NCBI GenBank assembly: GCA_964057225.1 | Contig: OZ059894.1 | Coordinates: forward strand, 12,152,001-12,216,000 | Origin: Auanema rhodensis | Taxonomy: Eukaryota > Animalia > Nematoda | Length of the DNA: 64,000 nt | Reading direction: 5' to 3' | In this document: piece after piece, positions 52,954 to 64,000 of the stretch | How positions within the stretch are numbered: position 1 is the stretch's first letter | Layout: every line of letters begins with the position of its first letter | The notes under the pieces: model-generated | What the model was told of the DNA's origin: nothing | Database searches by the model: none | The model's input: the letters and a program-made list of their open reading frames with translations, nothing else | Position numbers and translations under genes: made by a program

Positions 52954-53072
52954 AGCTTACGACACCCGGGATTCCCAAGCCGTCTCCGATCCAAGTACTA
53001 ACCGGGCCCAACGTTGCTTGACTTGCCAGATCGGACGGGATGGCGTACTTTCAACGTGGTATGGTCGTAAGC
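52954..53072 (-). rRNA. 5S: 5S rRNA
   Basis: Repeat copy. Confidence 0.96.
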
Positions 53073-53313
53073 AATGTTATATTCTTCATTATCAGTTATA
53101 TCACTCTAAATCTTGTTGTTAATAGTTAGGACCACAAAGAAAACAACAGGAACAGTAACAAATGAAATGCCCAAACTTTACAGTGTTCGAGTTATTTACA
53201 GTATCTAAGACTACCTCTGTCGTGTTATTAGAGCAAACATTCGATTAACAACAACTTTTTTTTAGTTATCAAAGCTTTTTTATTTCTTCAAAAAATTTCA
53301 AATAAAATATAAA

Positions 53314-53432
53314 AGCTTACGACACCCGGGATTCCCAAGCCGTCTCCGATCCAAGTACTAACCGGGCCCAACGTTGCTTGACTTGCCAGATCGGACGGGA
53401 TGGCGTACTTTCAACGTGGTATGGTCGTAAGC
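53314..53432 (-). rRNA. 5S: 5S rRNA
   Basis: Repeat copy. Confidence 0.96.
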
Positions 53433-53574
53433 AATGTCATATTCTTCATTATCAGTTATATCACTCTAAATCTTGTTGTTAATAGATACGACCACAAAGA
53501 AAACAACAGGAACAGTAACAATAACAAAAAAAATTTTTTTTTCACCTATGTGTCTAAAGGTTAGCCATGTATCC

Positions 53575-53618
<44 letters not shown>

Positions 53619-54796
53619 ACAGTAAAAAGTCCAATCAAGAGAGAAATTTTTTCAACACATAGTTGTTTTTTTTTAAATATCATTGTTTTTCCTCATAACT
53701 CGGTTTAAACTCGTTCTAACCCGTTGAAATACGTCTAGAAAGTCTTTATAACATGCATATGTATGATAGAACTTCATATTTATTGTAATAGAAAATTTTA
53801 TTTTCAGACGTCTTGGTTAACAATGATATGTTTTACCCCCTTATAATTTTTATCATAATGTTCCTTATACGGAACGCTCAATGAAACTTGCTTCCAGAAA
53901 AATTTCTTTCTATTTTTTCTTCATATGTACGTAGATACTATAGAGAACTATGATAGAAAACTTTAACATTCACGAAATCATCATTTCTCATTACGCTACG
54001 GAGGTTTAAAAAGCTGTGTTTTACCTTATAATAGACCGGAAAACCCTTGTGTTAAAACTGGACCGTTGTTACACATATAAAAATGTCCCGTATTCGGGAC
54101 CCTAATGTAACTTTTGATTCCCTATATTTTTTTTCATGAAATTTACAATCTACTGTAGAAAGAAGAATTATTTTTATAAAAACTGTAAATTTTTGAAAAA
54201 TGAAAACAAAACGAAAACAAAAACAACTTTTTTTTGAACATTTTCTCACACAAGGGTCCCCCCTTACCTACTTTTTTTCTCATTACTCGTTTCAACCTCA
54301 TCCGATCACTCTGCAAACATGTTTAATCGTTCTAACTTGTTGAAATACGTCTTAAAAGTCTAAACAACATGCATATGCATAATAGAAACCACCCGAATAG
54401 GCCCCCACGCACTAAACGAGATATATACATTACCAGTATAGTAATAGAACACATATTGAAGATTAATTCGATAAGAACAATTTATTGACGTAGAGAATGT
54501 TTGTTCCGAAAAACTACAATATTAAACTATAAAAGTAACAAAAGCGTAGAGGCAGCAAAGACATGAATAAACATAAATGTAAATACAGAATTACCAGGTA
54601 GTACATAAGTATGACAAAAAATTATAAGAAAGCCATGAAAATAGAAGGTTTGTGAACAAATGAGAGGTACATCTTTGATCGTATAGTCATTTCTAAACCG
54701 TTCGTATGCTGCAGCATCGTCATAAGCGTCACTCAAGTTGAATTTCCATGTGTACTACACGATTTTCATTCTTATTGTTACATTCTTTCCCTGAGG

Positions 54797-54983
54797 GAAT
54801 GGGCCGTTCCCGCCAGCAGTGCAAGAGCGGGTCGACCCGTGAGGTGGAGCTAGCAAGCCAGCATCTACCTCAAGTCTCAAAAATCGGTTAACCTTATTGT
54901 GAACCAATGGAACACATATCGAAGGTTAATTCGATAAGAACGATTACTACACTTTGATCTTAGCCAAAAGGCCGAGAAGCGAT
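54797..54983 (-). ncRNA. U2: U2 snRNA
   Basis: Repeat copy. Confidence 0.95.
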
Positions 54984-55245
54984 ACAGCATAGCCATGAGT
55001 ATCAAAGACATCAAGCAAATGTATCGTACTTGTTACGAGTGCACTCTCTCATTTGAATATAAAAGTGTGGTTTGACAATCTTGACTGTACAGGTCATAAA
55101 TGGCTCATATAAACTGTGGATTTACTCAACTTTTGGACTTATTTTTTTCTTATTCGAAGCGCTGCACTTTTTTCTATTCTTTTTATTCAAATACTTGTAT
55201 ATAGTTTTATATGTACGGTTGCAAAGTTTCCGAATATTTTATATA

Positions 55246-55282
55246 TTGAAAAAATTTCTCTCTTGATTGGACTTTTTACTGT

Positions 55283-55338
<56 letters not shown>

Positions 55339-55375
55339 ACAGTAAAAAGTCCAATCAAGAGAGAAATTTTTTCAA
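55246..55375. repeat. Perfect 130-bp palindrome: 39-bp arms around (AT)26
   Basis: ttgaaaaaatttctctcttgattggactttttactgttg is the exact reverse complement of caacagtaaaaagtccaatcaagagagaaattttttcaa. Confidence 0.95.
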
Positions 55376-56517
55376 CACATAGTTGTTTTTTTTTTAAATA
55401 TCATTGTTTTTCCTCATAACTCGGTTTAAACTCGTTCTAACCCGTTGAAATACGTCTAGAAAGTCTTTATAACATGCATATGTATGATAGAACTTCATAT
55501 TTATTGTAATAGAAAATTTTATTTTCAGACGTCTTGGTTAACAATGATATGTTTTACCCCCTTATAATTTTTATCATAATGTTCCTTATACGGAACGCTC
55601 AATGAAACTTGCTTCCAGAAAAATTTCTTTCTATTTTTTCTTCATATGTACGTAGATACTATAGAGAACTATGATAGAAAACTTTAACATTCACGAAATC
55701 ATCATTTCTCATTACGCTACGGAGGTTTAAAAAGCTGTGTTTTACCTTATAATAGACCGGAAAACCCTTGTGTTAAAACTGGACCGTTTTTACACATATA
55801 AAAATGTCCCGTATTCGGGACCCTAATGTAACTTTTGATTCCCTATATTTTTTTTCATGAAATTTACAATCTACTGTAGAAAGAAGAATTATTTTTATAA
55901 AAACTGTAAATTTTTGAAAAATGAAAACAAAACGAAAACAAAAACAACTTTTTTTTGAACATTTTCTCACACAAGGGTCCCCCCTTACCTACTTTTTTTC
56001 TCATTACTCGTTTCAACCTCATCCGATCACTCTGCAAACATGTTTAATCGTTCTAACTTGTTGAAATACGTCTTAAAAGTCTAAACAACATGCATATGCA
56101 TAATAGAAACCACCCGAATAGGCCCCCACGCACTAAACGAGATATATACATTACCAGTATAGTAATAGAACACATATTGAAGATTAATTCGATAAGAACA
56201 ATTTATTGACGTAGAGAATGTTTGTTCCGAAAAACTACAATATTAAACTATAAAAGTAACAAAAGCGTAGAGGCAGCAAAGACATGAATAAACATAAATG
56301 TAAATACAGAATTACCAGGTAGTACATAAGTATGACAAAAAATTATAAGAAAGCCATGAAAATAGAAGGTTTGTGAACAAATGAGAGGTACATCTTTGAT
56401 CGTATAGTCATTTCTAAACCGTTCGTATGCTGCAGCATCGTCATAAGCGTCACTCAAGTTGAATTTCCATGTGTACTACACGATTTTCATTCTTATTGTT
56501 ACATTCTTTCCCTGAGG

Positions 56518-56704
56518 GAATGGGCCGTTCCCGCCAGCAGTGCAAGAGCGGGTCGACCCGTGAGGTGGAGCTAGCAAGCCAGCATCTACCTCAAGTCTCA
56601 AAAATCGGTTAACCTTATTGTGAACCAATGGAACACATATCGAAGGTTAATTCGATAAGAACGATTACTACACTTTGATCTTAGCCAAAAGGCCGAGAAG
56701 CGAT
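56518..56704 (-). ncRNA. U2: U2 snRNA
   Basis: Repeat copy. Confidence 0.95.
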
Positions 56705-57146
56705 ACAGCATAGCCATGAGTATCAAAGACATCAAGCAAATGTATCGTACTTGTTACGAGTGCACTCTCTCATTTGAATATAAAAGTGTGGTTTGACAAT
56801 CTTGACTGTACAGGTCATAAATGGCTCATATAAACTGTGGATTTACTCAACTTTTGGACTTATTTTTTTCTTATTCGAAGCGCTGCACTTTTTTCTATTC
56901 TTTTTATTCAAATACTTGTATATAGTTTTATATGTACGGTTGCAAAGTTTCCGAATATTTTATATATTTTTATACAATAATTAGGAGAAGGTTAATACAA
57001 TGAAATCTCCCAACTTTACAGTGTTTGTATTGCTTACAGTATCTAGAACAACCACTCTTGTAATATTAGAGCACATATCAATCAACAACTTTTTCTAGTT
57101 ATCAAAGCTTTTTTATTTCTTCAAGATATTTCAAATAAAATATAAA

Positions 57147-57265
57147 AGCTTACGACACCCGGGATTCCCAAGCCGTCTCCGATCCAAGTACTAACCGGGC
57201 CCAACGTTGCTTGACTTGCCAGATCGGACGGGATGGCGTACTTTCAACGTGGTATGGTCGTAAGC
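57147..57265 (-). rRNA. 5S: 5S rRNA
   Basis: Repeat copy. Confidence 0.96.
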
Positions 57266-57506
57266 AATGTTATATTCTTCATTATCAGTTATATCACTCT
57301 AAATCTTGTTGTTAATAGTTAGGACCACAAAGAAAACAACAGGAACAGTAACAAATGAAATGCCCAAACTTTACAGTGTTCGAGTTATTTACAGTATCTA
57401 AGACTACCTCTGTCGTGTTATTAGAGCAAACATTCGATTAACAACAACTTTTTTTTAGTTATCAAAGCTTTTTTATTTCTTCAAAAAATTTCAAATAAAA
57501 TATAAA

Positions 57507-57625
57507 AGCTTACGACACCCGGGATTCCCAAGCCGTCTCCGATCCAAGTACTAACCGGGCCCAACGTTGCTTGACTTGCCAGATCGGACGGGATGGCGTA
57601 CTTTCAACGTGGTATGGTCGTAAGC
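57507..57625 (-). rRNA. 5S: 5S rRNA
   Basis: Repeat copy. Confidence 0.96.
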
Positions 57626-57767
57626 AATGTCATATTCTTCATTATCAGTTATATCACTCTAAATCTTGTTGTTAATAGATACGACCACAAAGAAAACAAC
57701 AGGAACAGTAACAATAACAAAAAAAATTTTTTTTTCACCTATGTGTCTAAAGGTTAGCCATGTATCC

Positions 57768-57825
<58 letters not shown>

Positions 57826-59004
57826 ACAGTAAAAAGTCCAATCAAGAGAGAAATTTTTTCAACACATAGTTGTTTTTTTTTTAAATATCATTGTTTTTCC
57901 TCATAACTCGGTTTAAACTCGTTCTAACCCGTTGAAATACGTCTAGAAAGTCTTTATAACATGCATATGTATGATAGAACTTCATATTTATTGTAATAGA
58001 AAATTTTATTTTCAGACGTCTTGGTTAACAATGATATGTTTTACCCCCTTATAATTTTTATCATAATGTTCCTTATACGGAACGCTCAATGAAACTTGCT
58101 TCCAGAAAAATTTCTTTCTATTTTTTCTTCATATGTACGTAGATACTATAGAGAACTATGATAGAAAACTTTAACATTCACGAAATCATCATTTCTCATT
58201 ACGCTACGGAGGTTTAAAAAGCTGTGTTTTACCTTATAATAGACCGGAAAACCCTTGTGTTAAAACTGGACCGTTTTTACACATATAAAAATGTCCCGTA
58301 TTCGGGACCCTAATGTAACTTTTGATTCCCTATATTTTTTTTCATGAAATTTACAATCTACTGTAGAAAGAAGAATTATTTTTATAAAAACTGTAAATTT
58401 TTGAAAAATGAAAACAAAACGAAAACAAAAACAACTTTTTTTTGAACATTTTCTCACACAAGGGTCCCCCCTTACCTACTTTTTTTCTCATTACTCGTTT
58501 CAACCTCATCCGATCACTCTGCAAACATGTTTAATCGTTCTAACTTGTTGAAATACGTCTTAAAAGTCTAAACAACATGCATATGCATAATAGAAACCAC
58601 CCGAATAGGCCCCCACGCACTAAACGAGATATATACATTACCAGTATAGTAATAGAACACATATTGAAGATTAATTCGATAAGAACAATTTATTGACGTA
58701 GAGAATGTTTGTTCCGAAAAACTACAATATTAAACTATAAAAGTAACAAAAGCGTAGAGGCAGCAAAGACATGAATAAACATAAATGTAAATACAGAATT
58801 ACCAGGTAGTACATAAGTATGACAAAAAATTATAAGAAAGCCATGAAAATAGAAGGTTTGTGAACAAATGAGAGGTACATCTTTGATCGTATAGTCATTT
58901 CTAAACCGTTCGTATGCTGCAGCATCGTCATAAGCGTCACTCAAGTTGAATTTCCATGTGTACTACACGATTTTCATTCTTATTGTTACATTCTTTCCCT
59001 GAGG

Positions 59005-59191
59005 GAATGGGCCGTTCCCGCCAGCAGTGCAAGAGCGGGTCGACCCGTGAGGTGGAGCTAGCAAGCCAGCATCTACCTCAAGTCTCAAAAATCGGTTAAC
59101 CTTATTGTGAACCAATGGAACACATATCGAAGGTTAATTCGATAAGAACGATTACTACACTTTGATCTTAGCCAAAAGGCCGAGAAGCGAT
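59005..59191 (-). ncRNA. U2: U2 snRNA
   Basis: Repeat copy. Confidence 0.95.
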
Positions 59192-59633
59192 ACAGCATAG
59201 CCATGAGTATCAAAGACATCAAGCAAATGTATCGTACTTGTTACGAGTGCACTCTCTCATTTGAATATAAAAGTGTGGTTTGACCATCTTGACTGTACAG
59301 GTCATAAATGGCTCATATAAACTGTGGATTTACTCAACTTTTGGACTTATTTTTTTCTTATTCGAAGCGCTGCACTTTTTTCTATTCTTTTTATTCAAAT
59401 ACTTGTATATAGTTTTATATGTACGGTTGCAAAGTTTCCGAATATTTTATATATTTTTATACAATAATTAGGAGAAGGTTAATACAATGAAATCTCCCAA
59501 CTTTACAGTGTTTGTATTGCTTACAGTATCTAGAACAACCACTCTTGTAATATTAGAGCACATATCAATCAACAACTTTTTCTAGTTATCAAAGCTTTTT
59601 TATTTCTTCAAGATATTTCAAATAAAATATAAA

Positions 59634-59752
59634 AGCTTACGACACCCGGGATTCCCAAGCCGTCTCCGATCCAAGTACTAACCGGGCCCAACGTTGCTTG
59701 ACTTGCCAGATCGGACGGGATGGCGTACTTTCAACGTGGTATGGTCGTAAGC
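59634..59752 (-). rRNA. 5S: 5S rRNA
   Basis: Repeat copy. Confidence 0.96.
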
Positions 59753-59993
59753 AATGTTATATTCTTCATTATCAGTTATATCACTCTAAATCTTGTTGTT
59801 AATAGTTAGGACCACAAAGAAAACAACAGGAACAGTAACAAATGAAATGCCCAAACTTTACAGTGTTCGAGTTATTTACAGTATCTAAGACTACCTCTGT
59901 CGTGTTATTAGAGCAAACATTCGATTAACAACAACTTTTTTTTAGTTATCAAAGCTTTTTTATTTCTTCAAAAAATTTCAAATAAAATATAAA

Positions 59994-60112
59994 AGCTTAC
60001 GACACCCGGGATTCCCAAGCCGTCTCCGATCCAAGTACTAACCGGGCCCAACGTTGCTTGACTTGCCAGATCGGACGGGATGGCGTACTTTCAACGTGGT
60101 ATGGTCGTAAGC
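59994..60112 (-). rRNA. 5S: 5S rRNA
   Basis: Repeat copy. Confidence 0.96.
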
Positions 60113-60254
60113 AATGTCATATTCTTCATTATCAGTTATATCACTCTAAATCTTGTTGTTAATAGATACGACCACAAAGAAAACAACAGGAACAGTAACA
60201 ATAACAAAAAAAATTTTTTTTTCACCTATGTGTCTAAAGGTTAGCCATGTATCC

Positions 60255-60300
<46 letters not shown>

Positions 60301-61479
60301 ACAGTAAAAAGTCCAATCAAGAGAGAAATTTTTTCAACACATAGTTGTTTTTTTTTTAAATATCATTGTTTTTCCTCATAACTCGGTTTAAACTCGTTCT
60401 AACCCGTTGAAATACGTCTAGAAAGTCTTTATAACATGCATATGTATGATAGAACTTCATATTTATTGTAATAGAAAATTTTATTTTCAGACGTCTTGGT
60501 TAACAATGATATGTTTTACCCCCTTATAATTTTTATCATAATGTTCCTTATACGGAACGCTCAATGAAACTTGCTTCCAGAAAAATTTCTTTCTATTTTT
60601 TCTTCATATGTACGTAGATACTATAGAGAACTATGATAGAAAACTTTAACATTCACGAAATCATCATTTCTCATTACGCTACGGAGGTTTAAAAAGCTGT
60701 GTTTTACCTTATAATAGACCGGAAAACCCTTGTGTTAAAACTGGACCGTTTTTACACATATAAAAATGTCCCGTATTCGGGACCCTAATGTAACTTTTGA
60801 TTCCCTATATTTTTTTTCATGAAATTTACAATCTACTGTAGAAAGAAGAATTATTTTTATAAAAACTGTAAATTTTTGAAAAATGAAAACAAAACGAAAA
60901 CAAAAACAACTTTTTTTTGAACATTTTCTCACACAAGGGTCCCCCCTTACCTACTTTTTTTCTCATTACTCGTTTCAACCTCATCCGATCACTCTGCAAA
61001 CATGTTTAATCGTTCTAACTTGTTGAAATACGTCTTAAAAGTCTAAACAACATGCATATGCATAATAGAAACCACCCGAATAGGCCCCCACGCACTAAAC
61101 GAGATATATACATTACCAGTATAGTAATAGAACACATATTGAAGATTAATTCGATAAGAACAATTTATTGACGTAGAGAATGTTTGTTCCGAAAAACTAC
61201 AATATTAAACTATAAAAGTAACAAAAGCGTAGAGGCAGCAAAGACATGAATAAACATAAATGTAAATACAGAATTACCAGGTAGTACATAAGTATGACAA
61301 AAAATTATAAGAAAGCCATGAAAATAGAAGGTTTGTGAACAAATGAGAGGTACATCTTTGATCGTATAGTCATTTCTAAACCGTTCGTATGCTGCAGCAT
61401 CGTCATAAGCGTCACTCAAGTTGAATTTCCATGTGTACTACACGATTTTCATTCTTATTGTTACATTCTTTCCCTGAGG

Positions 61480-61666
61480 GAATGGGCCGTTCCCGCCAGC
61501 AGTGCAAGAGCGGGTCGACCCGTGAGGTGGAGCTAGCAAGCCAGCATCTACCTCAAGTCTCAAAAATCGGTTAACCTTATTGTGAACCAATGGAACACAT
61601 ATCGAAGGTTAATTCGATAAGAACGATTACTACACTTTGATCTTAGCCAAAAGGCCGAGAAGCGAT
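61480..61666 (-). ncRNA. U2: U2 snRNA
   Basis: Repeat copy. Confidence 0.95.
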
Positions 61667-62108
61667 ACAGCATAGCCATGAGTATCAAAGACATCAAGCA
61701 AATGTATCGTACTTGTTACGAGTGCACTCTCTCATTTGAATATAAAAGTGTGGTTTGACAATCTTGACTGTACAGGTCATAAATGGCTCATATAAACTGT
61801 GGATTTACTCAACTTTTGGACTTATTTTTTTCTTATTCGAAGCGCTGCACTTTTTTCTATTCTTTTTATTCAAATACTTGTATATAGTTTTATATGTACG
61901 GTTGCAAAGTTTCCGAATATTTTATATATTTTTATACAATAATTAGGAGAAGGTTAATACAATGAAATCTCCCAACTTTACAGTGTTTGTATTGCTTACA
62001 GTATCTAGAACAACCACTCTTGTAATATTAGAGCACATATCAATCAACAACTTTTTCTAGTTATCAAAGCTTTTTTATTTCTTCAAGATATTTCAAATAA
62101 AATATAAA

Positions 62109-62227
62109 AGCTTACGACACCCGGGATTCCCAAGCCGTCTCCGATCCAAGTACTAACCGGGCCCAACGTTGCTTGACTTGCCAGATCGGACGGGATGGCG
62201 TACTTTCAACGTGGTATGGTCGTAAGC
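62109..62227 (-). rRNA. 5S: 5S rRNA
   Basis: Repeat copy. Confidence 0.96.
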
Positions 62228-62468
62228 AATGTTATATTCTTCATTATCAGTTATATCACTCTAAATCTTGTTGTTAATAGTTAGGACCACAAAGAAAACA
62301 ACAGGAACAGTAACAAATGAAATGCCCAAACTTTACAGTGTTCGAGTTATTTACAGTATCTAAGACTACCTCTGTCGTGTTATTAGAGCAAACATTCGAT
62401 TAACAACAACTTTTTTTTAGTTATCAAAGCTTTTTTATTTCTTCAAAAAATTTCAAATAAAATATAAA

Positions 62469-62587
62469 AGCTTACGACACCCGGGATTCCCAAGCCGTCT
62501 CCGATCCAAGTACTAACCGGGCCCAACGTTGCTTGACTTGCCAGATCGGACGGGATGGCGTACTTTCAACGTGGTATGGTCGTAAGC
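62469..62587 (-). rRNA. 5S: 5S rRNA
   Basis: Repeat copy. Confidence 0.96.
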
Positions 62588-62729
62588 AATGTCATATTCT
62601 TCATTATCAGTTATATCACTCTAAATCTTGTTGTTAATAGATACGACCACAAAGAAAACAACAGGAACAGTAACAATAACAAAAAAAATTTTTTTTTCAC
62701 CTATGTGTCTAAAGGTTAGCCATGTATCC

Positions 62730-62779
<50 letters not shown>

Positions 62780-63958
62780 ACAGTAAAAAGTCCAATCAAG
62801 AGAGAAATTTTTTCAACACATAGTTGTTTTTTTTTTAAATATCATTGTTTTTCCTCATAACTCGGTTTAAACTCGTTCTAACCCGTTGAAATACGTCTAG
62901 AAAGTCTTTATAACATGCATATGTATGATAGAACTTCATATTTATTGTAATAGAAAATTTTATTTTCAGACGTCTTGGTTAACAATGATATGTTTTACCC
63001 CCTTATAATTTTTATCATAATGTTCCTTATACGGAACGCTCAATGAAACTTGCTTCCAGAAAAATTTCTTTCTATTTTTTCTTCATATGTACGTAGATAC
63101 TATAGAGAACTATGATAGAAAACTTTAACATTCACGAAATCATCATTTCTCATTACGCTACGGAGGTTTAAAAAGCTGTGTTTTACCTTATAATAGACCG
63201 GAAAACCCTTGTGTTAAAACTGGACCGTTTTTACACATATAAAAATGTCCCGTATTCGGGACCCTAATGTAACTTTTGATTCCCTATATTTTTTTTCATG
63301 AAATTTACAATCTACTGTAGAAAGAAGAATTATTTTTATAAAAACTGTAAATTTTTGAAAAATGAAAACAAAACGAAAACAAAAACAACTTTTTTTTGAA
63401 CATTTTCTCACACAAGGGTCCCCCCTTACCTACTTTTTTTCTCATTACTCGTTTCAACCTCATCCGATCACTCTGCAAACATGTTTAATCGTTCTAACTT
63501 GTTGAAATACGTCTTAAAAGTCTAAACAACATGCATATGCATAATAGAAACCACCCGAATAGGCCCCCACGCACTAAACGAGATATATACATTACCAGTA
63601 TAGTAATAGAACACATATTGAAGATTAATTCGATAAGAACAATTTATTGACGTAGAGAATGTTTGTTCCGAAAAACTACAATATTAAACTATAAAAGTAA
63701 CAAAAGCGTAGAGGCAGCAAAGACATGAATAAACATAAATGTAAATACAGAATTACCAGGTAGTACATAAGTATGACAAAAAATTATAAGAAAGCCATGA
63801 AAATAGAAGGTTTGTGAACAAATGAGAGGTACATCTTTGATCGTATAGTCATTTCTAAACCGTTCGTATGCTGCAGCATCGTCATAAGCGTCACTCAAGT
63901 TGAATTTCCATGTGTACTACACGATTTTCATTCTTATTGTTACATTCTTTCCCTGAGG

Positions 63959-64000
63959 GAATGGGCCGTTCCCGCCAGCAGTGCAAGAGCGGGTCGACCC
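63959..64000 (-). ncRNA. U2: U2 snRNA, 3' end (cut by window edge)
   Basis: Stem-loop IV sequence. Confidence 0.85.

Larger units (their letters stand above)
1..64000. repeat. Tandem array of ~2.48-kb U2 snRNA + 2x5S rRNA units (about 25 units, continuing past both edges)
   Basis: Near-identical sequence recurs every 2445-2489 bp; length differences come mostly from the (AT)n tract. Two units are shortened (1649 and 1721 bp) and one carries an insertion. Confidence 0.99.

Noticed and set aside
1-64000. CRISPR-like or prokaryotic interpretation of the array
   Set aside because: Kilobase units without unique spacers, no cas genes, and clearly eukaryotic U2 and 5S genes.

Overview
Eukaryotic, AT-rich DNA, most likely from a nematode: the 5S rRNA closely resembles the C. 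elegans type and U2 stem-loop IV has a nematode-like UUGCACUGC loop. The whole window is a highly homogenised tandem array of a ~2.48-kb unit. Each unit carries one U2 snRNA gene and two identical 5S rRNA genes (in a 360-bp internal duplication), all on the minus strand, plus a variable (AT)n microsatellite. I count 23 intact U2 genes, 1 interrupted, 2 cut by the window edges, and 46 5S genes. One U2 copy is interrupted right after its branch-point recognition sequence by an intact ~3.73-kb site-specific non-LTR retrotransposon (Utopia-like, 1092-aa zinc finger-RT-CCHC-RLE ORF). Main oddities: (1) a 59-bp U2 duplication flanks the element, giving a U2(1-96)-retroelement fusion that stops just before the Sm site; (2) the U2 target sequence diverges from the canonical one; (3) every unit carries a decayed U2 fragment ending at the same insertion site, probably a fossil retrotransposon junction fixed array-wide; (4) two independent deletions remove both 5S genes, one just upstream of the invaded U2 and one that created a perfect 130-bp palindrome around the (AT)n tract. 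The short repeated ORFs in the ORF track are judged spurious. U2 3' ends are approximate (+/-3 nt).
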